A stretch of DNA of 64,000 nt from an uncultured delta proteobacterium (GCA_963785725.1 CAWAWS010000027.1:44879-108878); one strand, 5' to 3'. Positions 32,456-42,704 are shown, numbered from the stretch's first letter. Translations and numbers: made by a program. Notes: a model not told the origin generated them from the letters alone.

Positions 32456-34797
32456 AGGCGCTTCAACACGAGCGTCGCGGCCAGCGCGGCCGGCGCTTTG
32501 ACGGTGGAGATTTCATGCACGCAGTCATGATCGCGATCGGGGCCGTCGGCCGGCTGCGACAGCTCGCCGGTGAGCGCGCGCTCGCCTTGCTGCAGGCCGG
32601 CGCCGGTGCACTCGCTGGGATACTGCACGCTGTTGTCGCCGTTGAAGTCATCCCAGCCGTTGGCGACGAGCTTGTTGGTGCGCACGACGCGCGCGAGCAC
32701 GGCCGCGGCGACGGTCTCGTCACCCGATTGCGTGGCGACGAGCTTCCAATACTGCCGCAGCGCGCCTTGGATCGTGCCGAATGCGGTCGGCGTCCAGGTC
32801 ATGACGTCGTCGACGCCGGCGGTCGTGCGATAGGCGCGGACGTCGGTCATCCAGAAGCGGGCGTCGAGATCGGCGTAGATGCGCTCGGCGGCCAGGCGAT
32901 AGCTGTTGTCGCTCGTCGCCAAGTAGGCTTCGAGCAGGCCGCGAATGGCGCTCGCCTCCGATTCCAGCTTCGTCGCCGACGGATCGGCGCTGCCGGCGGC
33001 CAAGTCGTAACCGTTGGCGACGGCGCCGCTGCCGTCGACGAGCTTGGCGACGATGAAGTCGGCCTGGGCGCGGATGAGCTGCAGCATGCGCGCGGGCAGC
33101 GGCGCCGGCGCCCCCGCTTGCGACGTGCCGTCGAGCGCGGTGGGCGCGCCGACGACGTCGGGCGTGTCGTTCGAGTAGAGGACGAGCGTCGACGAGATCG
33201 AGCGCAACGCCGCGCGCAGCGCCACGATCGCGTAGGCGGCATCGACGGTCGTGACGGTGCTGCCGGGCGTGGCGACGCCGGCGGCGACCGTCGCCTCGTC
33301 GGCGAGCACGGCGTGCTTGGCGTCGAAGTGCAGCCGATCGAGGTTCACCAGCGCCACTTTGAGGTTGGCGAGCGCGCGATCGTGCGCCGTGTCTTCCCCA
33401 TCGGCCAGCTGATCGTCGGCCGGAAACGGATCGCCGTCGAACGTCGCCAGCGCGCTCGCCTGCCCGCCGACCGACGCGTTGTTGGCGTCGGTGAGCGCGA
33501 AGAATTCCGCGAGCCCGCCGAGGAGGCCCGTCAACCCTGTGAGCGTCGACGTCGCCGTCTGCACCGCGAAGAACGTCGGCTGCGGGAAGTATTGCCACGC
33601 ATTTCCCGCGGCCGGCGGCGTGCCCGCGGTCTCGGTCACGGCGACCTCGGCCGGCCACCAGCGCAACGGCGACGTGTAATCGTAGGCCAACGCCGCGCCC
33701 GTCGACGGGAAGGCGCCGGCCGCGAAGATGCCGTCGCTCGTGAGCAGCGACGTCAACAAGAGCGCCGACTTGTTGTCCATCTCCTCGAGCATGGTCAGGC
33801 CTTGCCAGCCTTCGAGCGGAATGTCGCCCAAGTACGTGCCGGGCACGCCGTACAACAGGCTCACGCCGGTCGGATCGGCCGGATCGGGATACTGCCCGAC
33901 GACGGTGTTGCTCGGCTGACCGACGCGCGCCAGATCGGCCGGCGCGATCACCGTAATGGCGTTGCCGGCGACGTCATGCAGCGACTGCCAATAATTGATG
34001 ACCCACAAGCCCTGCTTCCACATCGCGAAGCCGAGCGCCGCCGGGTCGAGCACCTTCGTCACTTGCTGATCGCGGTTGGGCAGATTCAGCGAGGTGTAAC
34101 CGCATTCGTAGCCGCCGACGAGCTGCGCGCCCAAGCTGCTCGCGGCGTAGCCGGCGTTGATGGCGCAGCCGCGCACCGAGCCGGACACCGGCGTGATGCT
34201 GGGATCGAACGACTGGAACTCGACGAAGACCGGCCAATAGCCGGACCAGCCGTAGACGTCGAGCGGGTTGTCGACGGGCGCGGGCGAGATGACGAGCGAG
34301 GTGCCGGCCGGGCCGCCGGCGTTGCTCTCGACCGCGAACGTCTGCAGCCGATCGCGCAGGAGCGCGAACGCGGCGTCGCCGCTGACGCCTTGCGGGTTCA
34401 GGAGCGGCGCGAACTGCAGCGACAGCCCGGCGCCCGACTCGAACGACGTGTTGTTCATCGGCTGCTTGGAATATTCGTAGGACTCGATCGCCATCGAGTA
34501 GCTGAGCGGATCGAGCGTCGTAATGCCGGTGACGGGATCGGTGTAGAGGTCGGGCGTCGTGCTGTAGCGGTTGTAGCCGGCCAAGTTGCGCCCGAGCAGC
34601 TGCGCGAACGGCTCACCCGAAATCTGCATCTCCATCGACGCGCGAAAGTGGTCGGCGACGTAAAAGCGGCGATCGGTGAGCGTGGCCGTGAATTCAGGAC
34701 CGACGGGAGTCGGCGGCGCCGGCGGCTTCGACTTGGCTGCGCCGCCGCCGCACGCGGATGACAAGGCCAGAACGAAGCCGAGCCAACGGCAGCGCAT
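32452..34797 (-). CDS. large lipoprotein of unknown function, probable C-terminal alpha/alpha toroid
   Basis: Lipobox SSAC; 781 aa; AIRGLLEAYLATSDNSYRLAA resembles six-hairpin helices; 4-bp overlap with the downstream cytochrome gene. Confidence 0.8.
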   Translation of the reverse strand: MRCRWLGFVLALSSACGGGAAKSKPPAPPTPVGPEFTATLTDRRFYVADHFRASMEMQISGEPFAQLLGRNLAGYNRYSTTPDLYTDPVTGITTLDPLSYSMAIESYEYSKQPMNNTSFESGAGLSLQFAPLLNPQGVSGDAAFALLRDRLQTFAVESNAGGPAGTSLVISPAPVDNPLDVYGWSGYWPVFVEFQSFDPSITPVSGSVRGCAINAGYAASSLGAQLVGGYECGYTSLNLPNRDQQVTKVLDPAALGFAMWKQGLWVINYWQSLHDVAGNAITVIAPADLARVGQPSNTVVGQYPDPADPTGVSLLYGVPGTYLGDIPLEGWQGLTMLEEMDNKSALLLTSLLTSDGIFAAGAFPSTGAALAYDYTSPLRWWPAEVAVTETAGTPPAAGNAWQYFPQPTFFAVQTATSTLTGLTGLLGGLAEFFALTDANNASVGGQASALATFDGDPFPADDQLADGEDTAHDRALANLKVALVNLDRLHFDAKHAVLADEATVAAGVATPGSTVTTVDAAYAIVALRAALRSISSTLVLYSNDTPDVVGAPTALDGTSQAGAPAPLPARMLQLIRAQADFIVAKLVDGSGAVANGYDLAAGSADPSATKLESEASAIRGLLEAYLATSDNSYRLAAERIYADLDARFWMTDVRAYRTTAGVDDVMTWTPTAFGTIQGALRQYWKLVATQSGDETVAAAVLARVVRTNKLVANGWDDFNGDNSVQYPSECTGAGLQQGERALTGELSQPADGPDRDHDCVHEISTVKAPAALAATLVLKRL

Positions 34798-34915
34798 GCG
34801 GCCTAAACGGCGTCACCGAGCCGGCGGGCCGAGTCGCGATCGCGGACGCCGTGCTGCGACGGGCGTCGTGCCTGCGCCGTCGTCGTCTGTCGCTCGTCTC
34901 GCAACCGTCCTACCG

Positions 34916-35392
34916 TCATTCGTCTTCTTTGACCTGCTGGGCCAAGTAATGCGGCTCGCCCATCTGGCTGATGAGCTCGAGCTGCGTCTCCAGCCAATCG
35001 GCGTGCTCTTCTTCCGACACCAAGATGCGCTCGAGCAGCTCGCGCGTCCCGTTGTCGCCTTCGTCGCGGCACAGCTTGATGCCGTCGTTGAGCCGCTTGA
35101 CCGAGTCTACTTCGACGGCGAGGTCGAGCGTGAGCTGCTCCTTGACGGTCTGCCCAATATTCACCTTGTTGTACTTCTGCATATTGGGAATGCCGTCGAG
35201 ATACAGGATGCGCGCGATCAAATAATCAGCGTGCTTCATCTCGTCGATCGACTCGGCGCGAATCTTCTTCCACAAGCGCTCGTAGCCCCAGTGATTGCAG
35301 AGCCGGGCGTGAATGAAATATTGGTTGATCGCGGTCAGCTCGGCGGTGAGCACGTCGTTGAGCAGCGTCAGGATCTGTGGGTTGCCCTTCAT
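34916..35392 (-). CDS. bfr: bacterioferritin
   Basis: [45 protein letters not shown]. Confidence 0.97.
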   Translation of the reverse strand: MKGNPQILTLLNDVLTAELTAINQYFIHARLCNHWGYERLWKKIRAESIDEMKHADYLIARILYLDGIPNMQKYNKVNIGQTVKEQLTLDLAVEVDSVKRLNDGIKLCRDEGDNGTRELLERILVSEEEHADWLETQLELISQMGEPHYLAQQVKEDE

Positions 35393-35553
35393 GGTCCCTC
35401 CTGGTCGCCGTAGCTAGCCAGACGGCGTGGATACGACAGATACGCGGATGAGGGCTCGGATGCCAGCGAAACAGTCATCGACTGTTCGCGGCGGTCTCCG
35501 CATCGGTCGCCGCGACGGGCGGCTGGGCGTGTAACGGCTGCGCGGCGCCTCGC

Positions 35554-35778
35554 TCAGGTGCGCGGCGTACCGAGGCCGATTTGCAGCGGCTGACTGCGAT
35601 CGTGCGCCGCTTCCAGGCCGCGCGCGTCCTGCAACATCGTGCACAGCATGTCGCAGCAGCTGCCGCAGTCGGTGCCGGCGCCGCAGGCTTCGCCGATCTC
35701 CGACACGGACGCGGCGCCATGGCGGATGGACTGCTTCACTTCGCCGTCCGAGACGGCGCGGCACACGCAAACGATCAC
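35554..35778 (-). CDS. bfd: bacterioferritin-associated ferredoxin
   Basis: MIVCVC...GAGTDCGSC; GGAGG RBS; upstream of bfr. Confidence 0.9.
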   Translation of the reverse strand: MIVCVCRAVSDGEVKQSIRHGAASVSEIGEACGAGTDCGSCCDMLCTMLQDARGLEAAHDRSQPLQIGLGTPRT

Positions 35779-35819
35779 GAGCGCGCCTCCAGCAACGAGG
35801 GTTGGATGTTCGGTTCGTT

Positions 35820-35879
35820 GATATTGAAAACGACTTTCATCTTCACGACAGTTGTAGCCGGATCCAGGCCGCCTGTCAA
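35820..35879 (-). promoter_or_regulatory. sigma70 promoter and Fur-like box upstream of bfd
   Basis: Minus strand TTGACA (35879-35874), 17 bp, TACAAC; GATATTGAAAACGACTTTC (35820-35838) matches 13/19 of the classical Fur box. Confidence 0.65.
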
Positions 35880-36125
35880 CCGACCGTTAGCAGCTGCTAT
35901 CTAGCTGTTACTTATCGCATTTACGGAGCCTGCGACCGTCGTCACGGCGCTCGTTCGGCCGGCGCGAGCGAAGCTGTCGGCTGGTGTAATCCTCGTCGCT
36001 GGCGTCGCGCTCGGCGGCAGACCGCCCGTCGCTGCGACGAGCGGCCGAAGCGACGCGCGGCCTTCCGTCAGCGCGCGGCGCATGCCGCCGTCACGGACGG
36101 TCAGCGTGTGCTCGCGGGCCGAACG

Positions 36126-36986
36126 TCAGGCGCGCCAGCGGTGTGGGCGCTGGCGCAGCTCGTCGAAGCCGTGACGCGCGCAGAAGGCGGCGAATTCGGC
36201 CTCGGGAACCCCGCGCCACGCGAGCGCGTCCAGGTCTTCGGCGAGCGGCACGTCGCGGCGCAGGCGCGTCAGCGTGCGATAGAGCATGGCGTCGGCGCGG
36301 CCGGCGGCGAGCGTCTGCGCCAGGCGATCGGCGCCGCGTAGACCGGCCGGCCATTTCTTCGGATCGTCGGGAATGTCCTCGAGCCGGCCGAAGCGCGCGA
36401 GCACGGCGCCGGCGCTCTTGTTGCCGAAGCCGGTCAGGCCGGGCACGCCGTCGGCGTCGTCGCCGGTGAGCGCGAGCAGATCGGGGATGCTGGCCGGCGC
36501 CACGCCCCAACGGGCGCGCAACGCCGCTTCGTCGGTGACCTTGTTGCGGATGCGATCGACCTGCACGACCTTGTCGCCGACGATGCATTGGCCGAGATCC
36601 TTGTCCGGCGTCAGGATGCGCACCTGGTCGACGGCGTCGGCGAAGCGCGCGGCGGCGGTCGCCAGCGCGTCGTCGGCCTCGAACTCGCGCATCGACCAGA
36701 CGACGATGCCGAGCGCGCGCGTGGCCTCTTCGGCGGCGTCGAACTGCGCCAAAATCTCGGGCGCCACACCCTCCTCCGTCTTGTAGCCGGCGAAGAGCTC
36801 GTTGCGAAAGCTGCGGATCGGGTTGTCGAAGGCGACGGCCAGATGCGTGACCGCCTCGTCGCTGTCGGTGAGCAGCTGCAGCAGCGACGCCGCCAGACCG
36901 CGCGTGGCCTTTTGCGGCTGATCGGGACGCTTGGAGAAGTGCGCGCGAAAGATCTCGAACGTGCCGTCGATCAGATGCAGCCGCAT
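36126..36986 (-). CDS. stand-alone 5'-3' exonuclease/flap endonuclease (PolI N-terminal/Xni-like)
   Basis: LHLIDGT, VAFD, FRNELFAGYK, EADD, DKDL, LTGDDADGVPG..GFGNKSA. Confidence 0.93.
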   Translation of the reverse strand: MRLHLIDGTFEIFRAHFSKRPDQPQKATRGLAASLLQLLTDSDEAVTHLAVAFDNPIRSFRNELFAGYKTEEGVAPEILAQFDAAEEATRALGIVVWSMREFEADDALATAAARFADAVDQVRILTPDKDLGQCIVGDKVVQVDRIRNKVTDEAALRARWGVAPASIPDLLALTGDDADGVPGLTGFGNKSAGAVLARFGRLEDIPDDPKKWPAGLRGADRLAQTLAAGRADAMLYRTLTRLRRDVPLAEDLDALAWRGVPEAEFAAFCARHGFDELRQRPHRWRA

Positions 36987-36995
36987 GCGCAGAGC

Positions 36996-37904
36996 TTAAT
37001 TGAAGTCGTAGGCGACTTGCAGCGTGACCTGCGGACCGACCGACTGCGTCCCTTGCATGACCGTGATGACCGGCGCATCGACGACGACGCGCAACAGCAG
37101 ATCGCGCCACGGGTTGGTCAAGAAGGCGCCGACGAGGAAGCCGGTCGTGCCGCCCGAGTTGGGCACGAGGTTGCCGTTGCCGAGATAGTCCGCGCGCTCC
37201 CACAAGAGGTCGGCACCAAGCTGAATCGCGCCCCAGCTCCACGGCTGCAGCTGCAGCACCGCCGTGCCGCCGATGGTGGCGCCGCGCAGGTAGCTGTCGA
37301 AGCCGTGCGTCGTCAAGCGACCGCTCGCCGACGCAAAGAACGACAACAGCTCGCCCGAGAACCAGCCGTAGGTGACGCCGAGATAGGGATCCCACGAGCC
37401 GGAGCCGGGGCGATCGTCGCTGTCGACGGGGAAGCCGTTGGTGTCGCGGCTCTCGCGGCCGGTCGGGAACTTGAGGCCGACGCCGGCCCACAACACGTGA
37501 TGGGGCGCGAACGACTTCTCCTGGTACAAGACGACGCGGCCGGCCAGCTCGACGTCGCCGAGGCCGGTCACCGTCGAGCGCGGCACGCCGGCGCGACGAA
37601 TCCAGCTGGTCATCCAGGGCACGACCAAGGCGACGGTGACGCGCTTTTGCGGCGACCAGCTGGCGGCGAGCGACTGGCGCAAGAAGGTGGTGTGCTCGCC
37701 GGTGGCGTCGTCGCCGAGGACGAGCGAGCCGTAGCGCTCTTCGAGCAGCACGCGGATGCGGTTGCGATAAGGCCGCTCGACGCCGGTCGCGGTCAACGTG
37801 TTGTCGCCGCAGCCGCACGACGCGCAGGCGTGAGCCGATTGCCTGCCAAGGCAGCTCATGGCGACGGCGAGGATCAACGAGGCGTAGCGACTGCGAGACG
37901 ACAT
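36996..37904 (-). CDS. putative outer-membrane beta-barrel transporter with N-terminal CxxCxC motif
   Basis: Signal peptide ending AHA, then CASCGCG; GLGDV, GLKFPTG, PGSGSWD; C-terminal YDFN. Confidence 0.7.
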   Translation of the reverse strand: MSSRSRYASLILAVAMSCLGRQSAHACASCGCGDNTLTATGVERPYRNRIRVLLEERYGSLVLGDDATGEHTTFLRQSLAASWSPQKRVTVALVVPWMTSWIRRAGVPRSTVTGLGDVELAGRVVLYQEKSFAPHHVLWAGVGLKFPTGRESRDTNGFPVDSDDRPGSGSWDPYLGVTYGWFSGELLSFFASASGRLTTHGFDSYLRGATIGGTAVLQLQPWSWGAIQLGADLLWERADYLGNGNLVPNSGGTTGFLVGAFLTNPWRDLLLRVVVDAPVITVMQGTQSVGPQVTLQVAYDFN

Positions 37905-37908
37905 GCTC

Positions 37909-38457
37909 CTACTTCGCCGGCGGATATTTGCGCAGCTTGAGCTGCAAGGAGCGACGGTGCAGCCCGAGCCGGCGCGCGGCCTCCGAGATGTTGCCGCCGC
38001 AATCGCCGAGGACGCGCTGAATGTGCTCCCACTCGGCGCGCGCCAGCGTCGGCGCCGGAAACTCGGCGTGCACTTCGGTCGCGCCTTCGTCGCGCGTCAA
38101 CGCCGCCAAGATCTCGTCGACGTCGGCGGGCTTGGGCAGGTAGTGGGTCGCGCCCAGCTTCACGGCTTCGACGGCGGTAGCGATGCTGCCGTAACCGGTG
38201 AGGACGACGATGCGCGTGGTGTCGTCGATGGCCTTGAGATCGCGCACGACCTCGAGGCCCGAGCGGCCCGGCATCTTCAAATCCACGACGGCGAACTGCG
38301 GCGAATCGGCGCGCGCCGACTCCATGGCCGCGTCGTAATCGTGCGCGGCGCGCACGTCGTAGCCGCGATCGGTCAGGGCGCGCGTCATGCGCTTGCGGAA
38401 GGCGTCATCATCGTCGACGAGCAGAATCGACGCGCGGACGTCCTCCAAGTGAGCCAC
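37909..38457 (-). CDS. regA: RegA/PrrA/ActR-family response regulator
   Basis: VVDLKM, VLTGYGSIATAVEAVKLGA..YLPKP, EWEHIQRVL, GNISEAARRLGLHRRSLQ. Confidence 0.88.
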   Translation of the reverse strand: MAHLEDVRASILLVDDDDAFRKRMTRALTDRGYDVRAAHDYDAAMESARADSPQFAVVDLKMPGRSGLEVVRDLKAIDDTTRIVVLTGYGSIATAVEAVKLGATHYLPKPADVDEILAALTRDEGATEVHAEFPAPTLARAEWEHIQRVLGDCGGNISEAARRLGLHRRSLQLKLRKYPPAK

Positions 38458-38469
38458 GACTATGAATTA

Positions 38470-39753
38470 TCAGACAACGGGCGGCGCGCCGATGCGATCA
38501 TTCTTCGCAGGGGAAATAGTCCCCGCACCGGCGGGTAGAGTCACCAGCGCGCGCGTGCCGCCGCCTTCGCGCGCCGACAGCGCCAGTTGGCCGCCGAGCT
38601 GCTCGACCACGGTGCGCGTGAGGAACAGGCCGAGGCCCATGCCGCGACCGGGCTCCTTCGTCGTGAAGAACGGCTCGCCGGCGCGGGCCAAGATGGCTTC
38701 GGCCATGCCGCTGCCGCGATCGAGCACCTCGATGCGGACCTCGACCTCCGTAAATGACGCCGAAAGCTGCACCGGCGTATGCGTTTGCGAGGCGTCCTGC
38801 GCGTTCTTGAGCAGCGACTTGACCGCTTGCGCGACGGCGCGCGGCGGCACGCACAGCTTCTGACCATTGATGGTGCTCAAGTCGACTTCGATCGGCGGCT
38901 CGGCGCGCAGACCGTCGACGGCGAGGCGCAGGAGGTCGGCCACCGGCACGTCGCGCGAGGGCTCGCCGGCCGACTGCCCCGCTTCGGCGGCCATGCTGTC
39001 GAGGATGCCGCGGCAGCGGCTCACCTGCGCGCGAATGAGCTGCACATCCTCGACGGCGTCGGCGTCGGCGAGCGAGCCGAGGCGCCGTTCGAGCTCCTTG
39101 GCCGCCAGCGCGATGGTGCCGAGCGGCGTCGCCAATTCGTGCGCGGCGCCGGCGGCCAGCGTCGCCAGCGAGGCCAGCCGCTCTTGGCGCGCGCCGCGGC
39201 GCTGCGCGGCGACGAGGTCGAGCTCGCGCGCCTCCAAGTCGCGGCGGACGCGCATGAGGAAGTAGACGATGAACGTGGCGGCGACGCCGAACGCCACCCA
39301 CATGCCGCGCAAGTGCAGCTGCATGTGATCGCCGCGCGACGTCAGCGCCTCGCGCGGCCCGACGAACAGCGCGCCCGAGCCGACGAGCGACACCAGCACC
39401 AGCGTCCACGTCCAGCGCGCGCGCAAGATCACCGCCGCCAGCGCGATCTCCACCAAATACAGGAACGAGAAGGGGTTGAACGGGCCGCCCGTCAAATGCA
39501 GCAGCGCCGTCAAGAGGAGCACGTCGAGCGTCATGACGAGGCCGCACCACCACTCGGGCGGCGTGCGCCGGCGCGCGGCCACGACGCACACGATGTTGCT
39601 GACGAGCTCGACGGCGATGACGGCGAACAGCGCGGTCAACGGCAACTCGACGCCGACGACGCGGGCGACGCCGAGGATGGTCACGATCTGCCCGGCAATC
39701 GCGCCCCAACGCAGCTTGATGAGCCAGGAGAAGTTGATCGCTTCGCGCGTCAT
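38470..39753 (-). CDS. regB: RegB/PrrB/ActS-family sensor kinase
   Basis: LRWGAI.GQ, TGGPFNPF, LAAGAAHELATPLGTI, RCRGIL, GEPFFTTK, GMGLGLF. Confidence 0.88.
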   Translation of the reverse strand: MTREAINFSWLIKLRWGAIAGQIVTILGVARVVGVELPLTALFAVIAVELVSNIVCVVAARRRTPPEWWCGLVMTLDVLLLTALLHLTGGPFNPFSFLYLVEIALAAVILRARWTWTLVLVSLVGSGALFVGPREALTSRGDHMQLHLRGMWVAFGVAATFIVYFLMRVRRDLEARELDLVAAQRRGARQERLASLATLAAGAAHELATPLGTIALAAKELERRLGSLADADAVEDVQLIRAQVSRCRGILDSMAAEAGQSAGEPSRDVPVADLLRLAVDGLRAEPPIEVDLSTINGQKLCVPPRAVAQAVKSLLKNAQDASQTHTPVQLSASFTEVEVRIEVLDRGSGMAEAILARAGEPFFTTKEPGRGMGLGLFLTRTVVEQLGGQLALSAREGGGTRALVTLPAGAGTISPAKNDRIGAPPVV

Positions 39754-40328
39754 GAGCCGATCTTGAAGCTATACGATCGACTCAAATAAGGCCCGAACTG
39801 CTGGATGTTGGCCGAGATCGTCATGCGGTAGAAGTCGATGCTGACGGTGTGGCCTTTCCAGGCGGCCCATTGCGCGTCGGGCGGCGTCCACTCTTGCAAC
39901 GTCGTGATGATGCGCCAGACGTAGGCGCCGTCGACGAAGACGTGCAGGTCGTAGATGTCGCCGGTCTGCACCGGTAGATGCAGCGTCGTGAGCGCGCCCG
40001 CGTTGAACTGCGGGCAGCAGGCGTCGCAGTTGGCGGTGCCGTCCATGTAGGGCACGTCGCCGGTGGGCGCGCCGGCGCTCGTCGGCGACTGGTTCCACTG
40101 CACGATCGCCTTGTCGGCGAAGGCGATGGTGGCGCCGTCGCTCGGCTGCGTCATCTGCGGCGCGTTGACGAGGTCGGGCTGCAGGTTGGGCGCGGCGTCT
40201 TCGGCGTCTTCGAGCAGCCGATATTGCTCGTCGCCGCCGCAGCCGGTGTATTCATCGGCCGCGCGATGCGCCGCCGCTCCGCCGCAGCCGCCGCACACGA
40301 CGCAGGCGACGAGCGCGAGCCACTTCAT
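39750..40328 (-). CDS. lipoprotein of unknown function with CDACC motif
   Basis: Lipobox-like CGGCGG; 4-bp overlaps with both mbnH and regB. Confidence 0.75.
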   Translation of the reverse strand: MKWLALVACVVCGGCGGAAAHRAADEYTGCGGDEQYRLLEDAEDAAPNLQPDLVNAPQMTQPSDGATIAFADKAIVQWNQSPTSAGAPTGDVPYMDGTANCDACCPQFNAGALTTLHLPVQTGDIYDLHVFVDGAYVWRIITTLQEWTPPDAQWAAWKGHTVSIDFYRMTISANIQQFGPYLSRSYSFKIGS

Positions 40329-41455
40329 TGGAACGGATCCGAGAAGTCGGGATTGGTGAGCAGATCGTCATCCGTGAGCGCGGACAAGAAGGCCTTCAAG
40401 TCGGCGCGCTCGTCGTCGGAGAGCGTGAAGCCTTTGACGAGCGGATCGCGGTGCGGGCTCGTGCTGCCGTCGCCGGCGTAGGGCTGACCGGCGGGGATGA
40501 GGCGGCCGCCGTGCGCGTAGCTGTCGATGACGTCGTCGATCGTGGCCGCGCTGCCGTCGTGGAAATAGGGCGCCGTCTGCATGATGTTGCGCAAGGTCGG
40601 CACACGGAACTTGCCCATGTCGTTGTTGAACAGCGTGAAGCCGTAGAGCCCCGTGTTGTTGGGCGGGAAGCCGCCGGCGCCGTCGATGTTGTAGATGGCG
40701 TCGTTGCGGAAGTCGCGCGGCGCCGTCGGCGTGTTGACCGAGACGAACGCGGTCGTGAACGTGGGCGCGGCGTGGCAGTGGTAGCAGTCGAGCTTCTCGG
40801 CGAAGAAGGCGTCGCGACCGCGCACGGCCGAGTCGCTCATCGCCGTCGAGTCGCCGGCTTCGTAGCGGTCGTAGGCCGAGTTGCCGTCGATGAGCGTGCG
40901 CTCGAACGAGGCGATGGCGTAGATGACATTCTGGATCGTGAACAGCTCGCCCTGCGCCGGGAACGCTTCGGCGAACATCTGTTGATACATGGGGTCGGCC
41001 TTGAGCCGGGCCAAGGCCGCGTCCGCCAAGTCGCCGAGACCGAGCTCGATGGGCGCGTCGCCGAACATCGGCACCAGCATCTGCTCCTCGATCGTCGTGA
41101 TGAGCGGATTACCCCAGGTCAAATAGTTGTAGTAGGCGACGTTGCCGAGCGGCATCGAGTTGCGCGCCAGCTGCGCGCCGGTCGAGCCGAGCGGCGTCGT
41201 CTTGCCGTCGGTGAACGCGAGCGACTGCACGTGGCAGGTGCCGCACGAGAACGTCTGATTGCCCGACAGGCGGTTGTCGTAAAAGAGGTAGCGGCCGAGC
41301 TTGACCTTCTCGTTCGTCATCGGGTTGTCGGCGGGCACGATCGGCGCCGGGAAGCCGACCGGCAGCTTGAAGCTGAACTGCGTGTCGGGCTGCCCTTGCG
41401 AGCAGCCGATGACACTGGAAAGCAGCGCGACACCAATGATTACGCGCGTCATCAT
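40325..41455 (-). CDS. mbnH: MbnH-family diheme enzyme
   Basis: LPVGFPAPIVPADNPM, GRYLFYDNRLS, CGTCH, LTWGNP, CYHCH, GKFRVPTLRN, PYFHDGS...DSY; coupled to mbnP (TAATG). Confidence 0.88.
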   Translation of the reverse strand: MMTRVIIGVALLSSVIGCSQGQPDTQFSFKLPVGFPAPIVPADNPMTNEKVKLGRYLFYDNRLSGNQTFSCGTCHVQSLAFTDGKTTPLGSTGAQLARNSMPLGNVAYYNYLTWGNPLITTIEEQMLVPMFGDAPIELGLGDLADAALARLKADPMYQQMFAEAFPAQGELFTIQNVIYAIASFERTLIDGNSAYDRYEAGDSTAMSDSAVRGRDAFFAEKLDCYHCHAAPTFTTAFVSVNTPTAPRDFRNDAIYNIDGAGGFPPNNTGLYGFTLFNNDMGKFRVPTLRNIMQTAPYFHDGSAATIDDVIDSYAHGGRLIPAGQPYAGDGSTSPHRDPLVKGFTLSDDERADLKAFLSALTDDDLLTNPDFSDPFQ

Positions 41456-42291
41456 TATTGGACCGTGAAGAAGGTTTGCGCCGGCGCGGTGCCCATGTCT
41501 TCGAACGCGAGGCCGAGCTTGCCGTACGGCGCCGGGCACTGCGGATCGCCGTCGAGCGACATGCAGCCGGAGGTGAAGGTCGTCACCTGATCGGGCTGGA
41601 GGTCGAGGTTGGAGTCGGCGAAGAGCGTCGCCAGATCGAGCGCGACCTTGGCGCTCGTCCCCGCGTACGGCAGCGTGATCGTGGCCAGGTTGGGATACTT
41701 GCAGTCGATGGTCGTCATGCTTCCGCCCGAGCAGGTCATCGCACCCAAGTGGAAGAAGTATGAAGGATTCATCGTCGTCTGCACGTCGACCTTGAGGTAG
41801 CGATAGCCGCCGAGCCAGCTCCACCACATCGCCGGCACGTTGAGCGGCGCGGCCGCCGTGGCCGCGGCGAGGTGGTCATGATCGTTGGGGATGCCGACGG
41901 TGAACTGCACCTTCGTGTAGTCGTCGTGCTCGGCGGCGGTGCCGGTGACGGTGAAGTTCGTCTCGGGTGAGGCCGTGTTGCAGCCGCCGGTGCCGTCTTC
42001 GAAGTCGAGCAGCGCGATGTTGTCGCCCTGCCACATCTTGTCGTCGGTGAGCTCGAGCGGCACCGACTCGCCGCCGGCGCGCACGAGCGTCACGCCCGAG
42101 ACGTACATGCGGAAATCCTGCGGCGACAGCGTCGATTGCGTCGTGCCGATGCCGGGATAGGACTGCGTGCAGCTGAAGGGCTGACCGCTGACCAGCGGCA
42201 CGAAGTCGACGGTGTACTTGGCGCCGTTGGCACCGCCGCCACAGCCGGCAGCGACGAGCATGAGAAAGCCGAAGCTAATGTTCGCGCGCAT
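41455..42291 (-). CDS. mbnP: MbnP-family copper-binding lipoprotein
   Basis: GAGG RBS; DFRMYVS, WQ..NIALLDFEDGTGGC, PLNVPAMWWSWLGGYRYLK (WxW), FHLGAMTC, GCMS. Confidence 0.9.
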   Translation of the reverse strand: MRANISFGFLMLVAAGCGGGANGAKYTVDFVPLVSGQPFSCTQSYPGIGTTQSTLSPQDFRMYVSGVTLVRAGGESVPLELTDDKMWQGDNIALLDFEDGTGGCNTASPETNFTVTGTAAEHDDYTKVQFTVGIPNDHDHLAAATAAAPLNVPAMWWSWLGGYRYLKVDVQTTMNPSYFFHLGAMTCSGGSMTTIDCKYPNLATITLPYAGTSAKVALDLATLFADSNLDLQPDQVTTFTSGCMSLDGDPQCPAPYGKLGLAFEDMGTAPAQTFFTVQ

Positions 42292-42299
42292 GTTCACCT

Positions 42300-42704
42300 C
42301 TAATTGTCCGGCGCGCCGCAGACGAGCCAGCCGAGCATGGCCTGTCGCTGCGCGGGATCGAGCGCGCCCGCATCGGGCGGCGGCATGTAACAGGAATAGA
42401 CTTGGGACAGGACGTCGCCGAAGATCTTGTGCACGCCGGCGTAAGTCGTAAACGGTCGATCGAACGCCAGCCCGCCCGGTTGATGACAGGGCACGCATTT
42501 GGCCTCGAAGATCGCTTGCACGCCGCCGTCCCAGCTCGGCTCCGGCGACGGACAAGCGGCCGGCAGATCGCGCGGACAGGCGGAAACGCCCGCGTCTCCC
42601 GTCGCGCTCGCGTCCGGCCCGGGCAGCACGACGGCCTTGTCCTGCCCGCCGCAGCCGACTCCGAAGGCACCGAACGTGAACGCGAGGAGAGCCACGGCGC
42701 GCAC
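42300..42704 (-). CDS. monoheme cytochrome c lipoprotein
   Basis: Lipobox GVGC; CVPCH; distal YMPP; GWL..GAP. Confidence 0.8.
   Translation of the reverse strand: MRAVALLAFTFGAFGVGCGGQDKAVVLPGPDASATGDAGVSACPRDLPAACPSPEPSWDGGVQAIFEAKCVPCHQPGGLAFDRPFTTYAGVHKIFGDVLSQVYSCYMPPPDAGALDPAQRQAMLGWLVCGAPDN

Noticed and set aside
36126..36986. Prophage or truncated polA
   Set aside because: Complete stand-alone flap endonuclease with no phage or integrase genes nearby
40325..42291. Methanobactin biosynthetic cluster
   Set aside because: No mbnA, mbnB, mbnC or TonB-dependent receptor recognised; only the MbnP/MbnH pair
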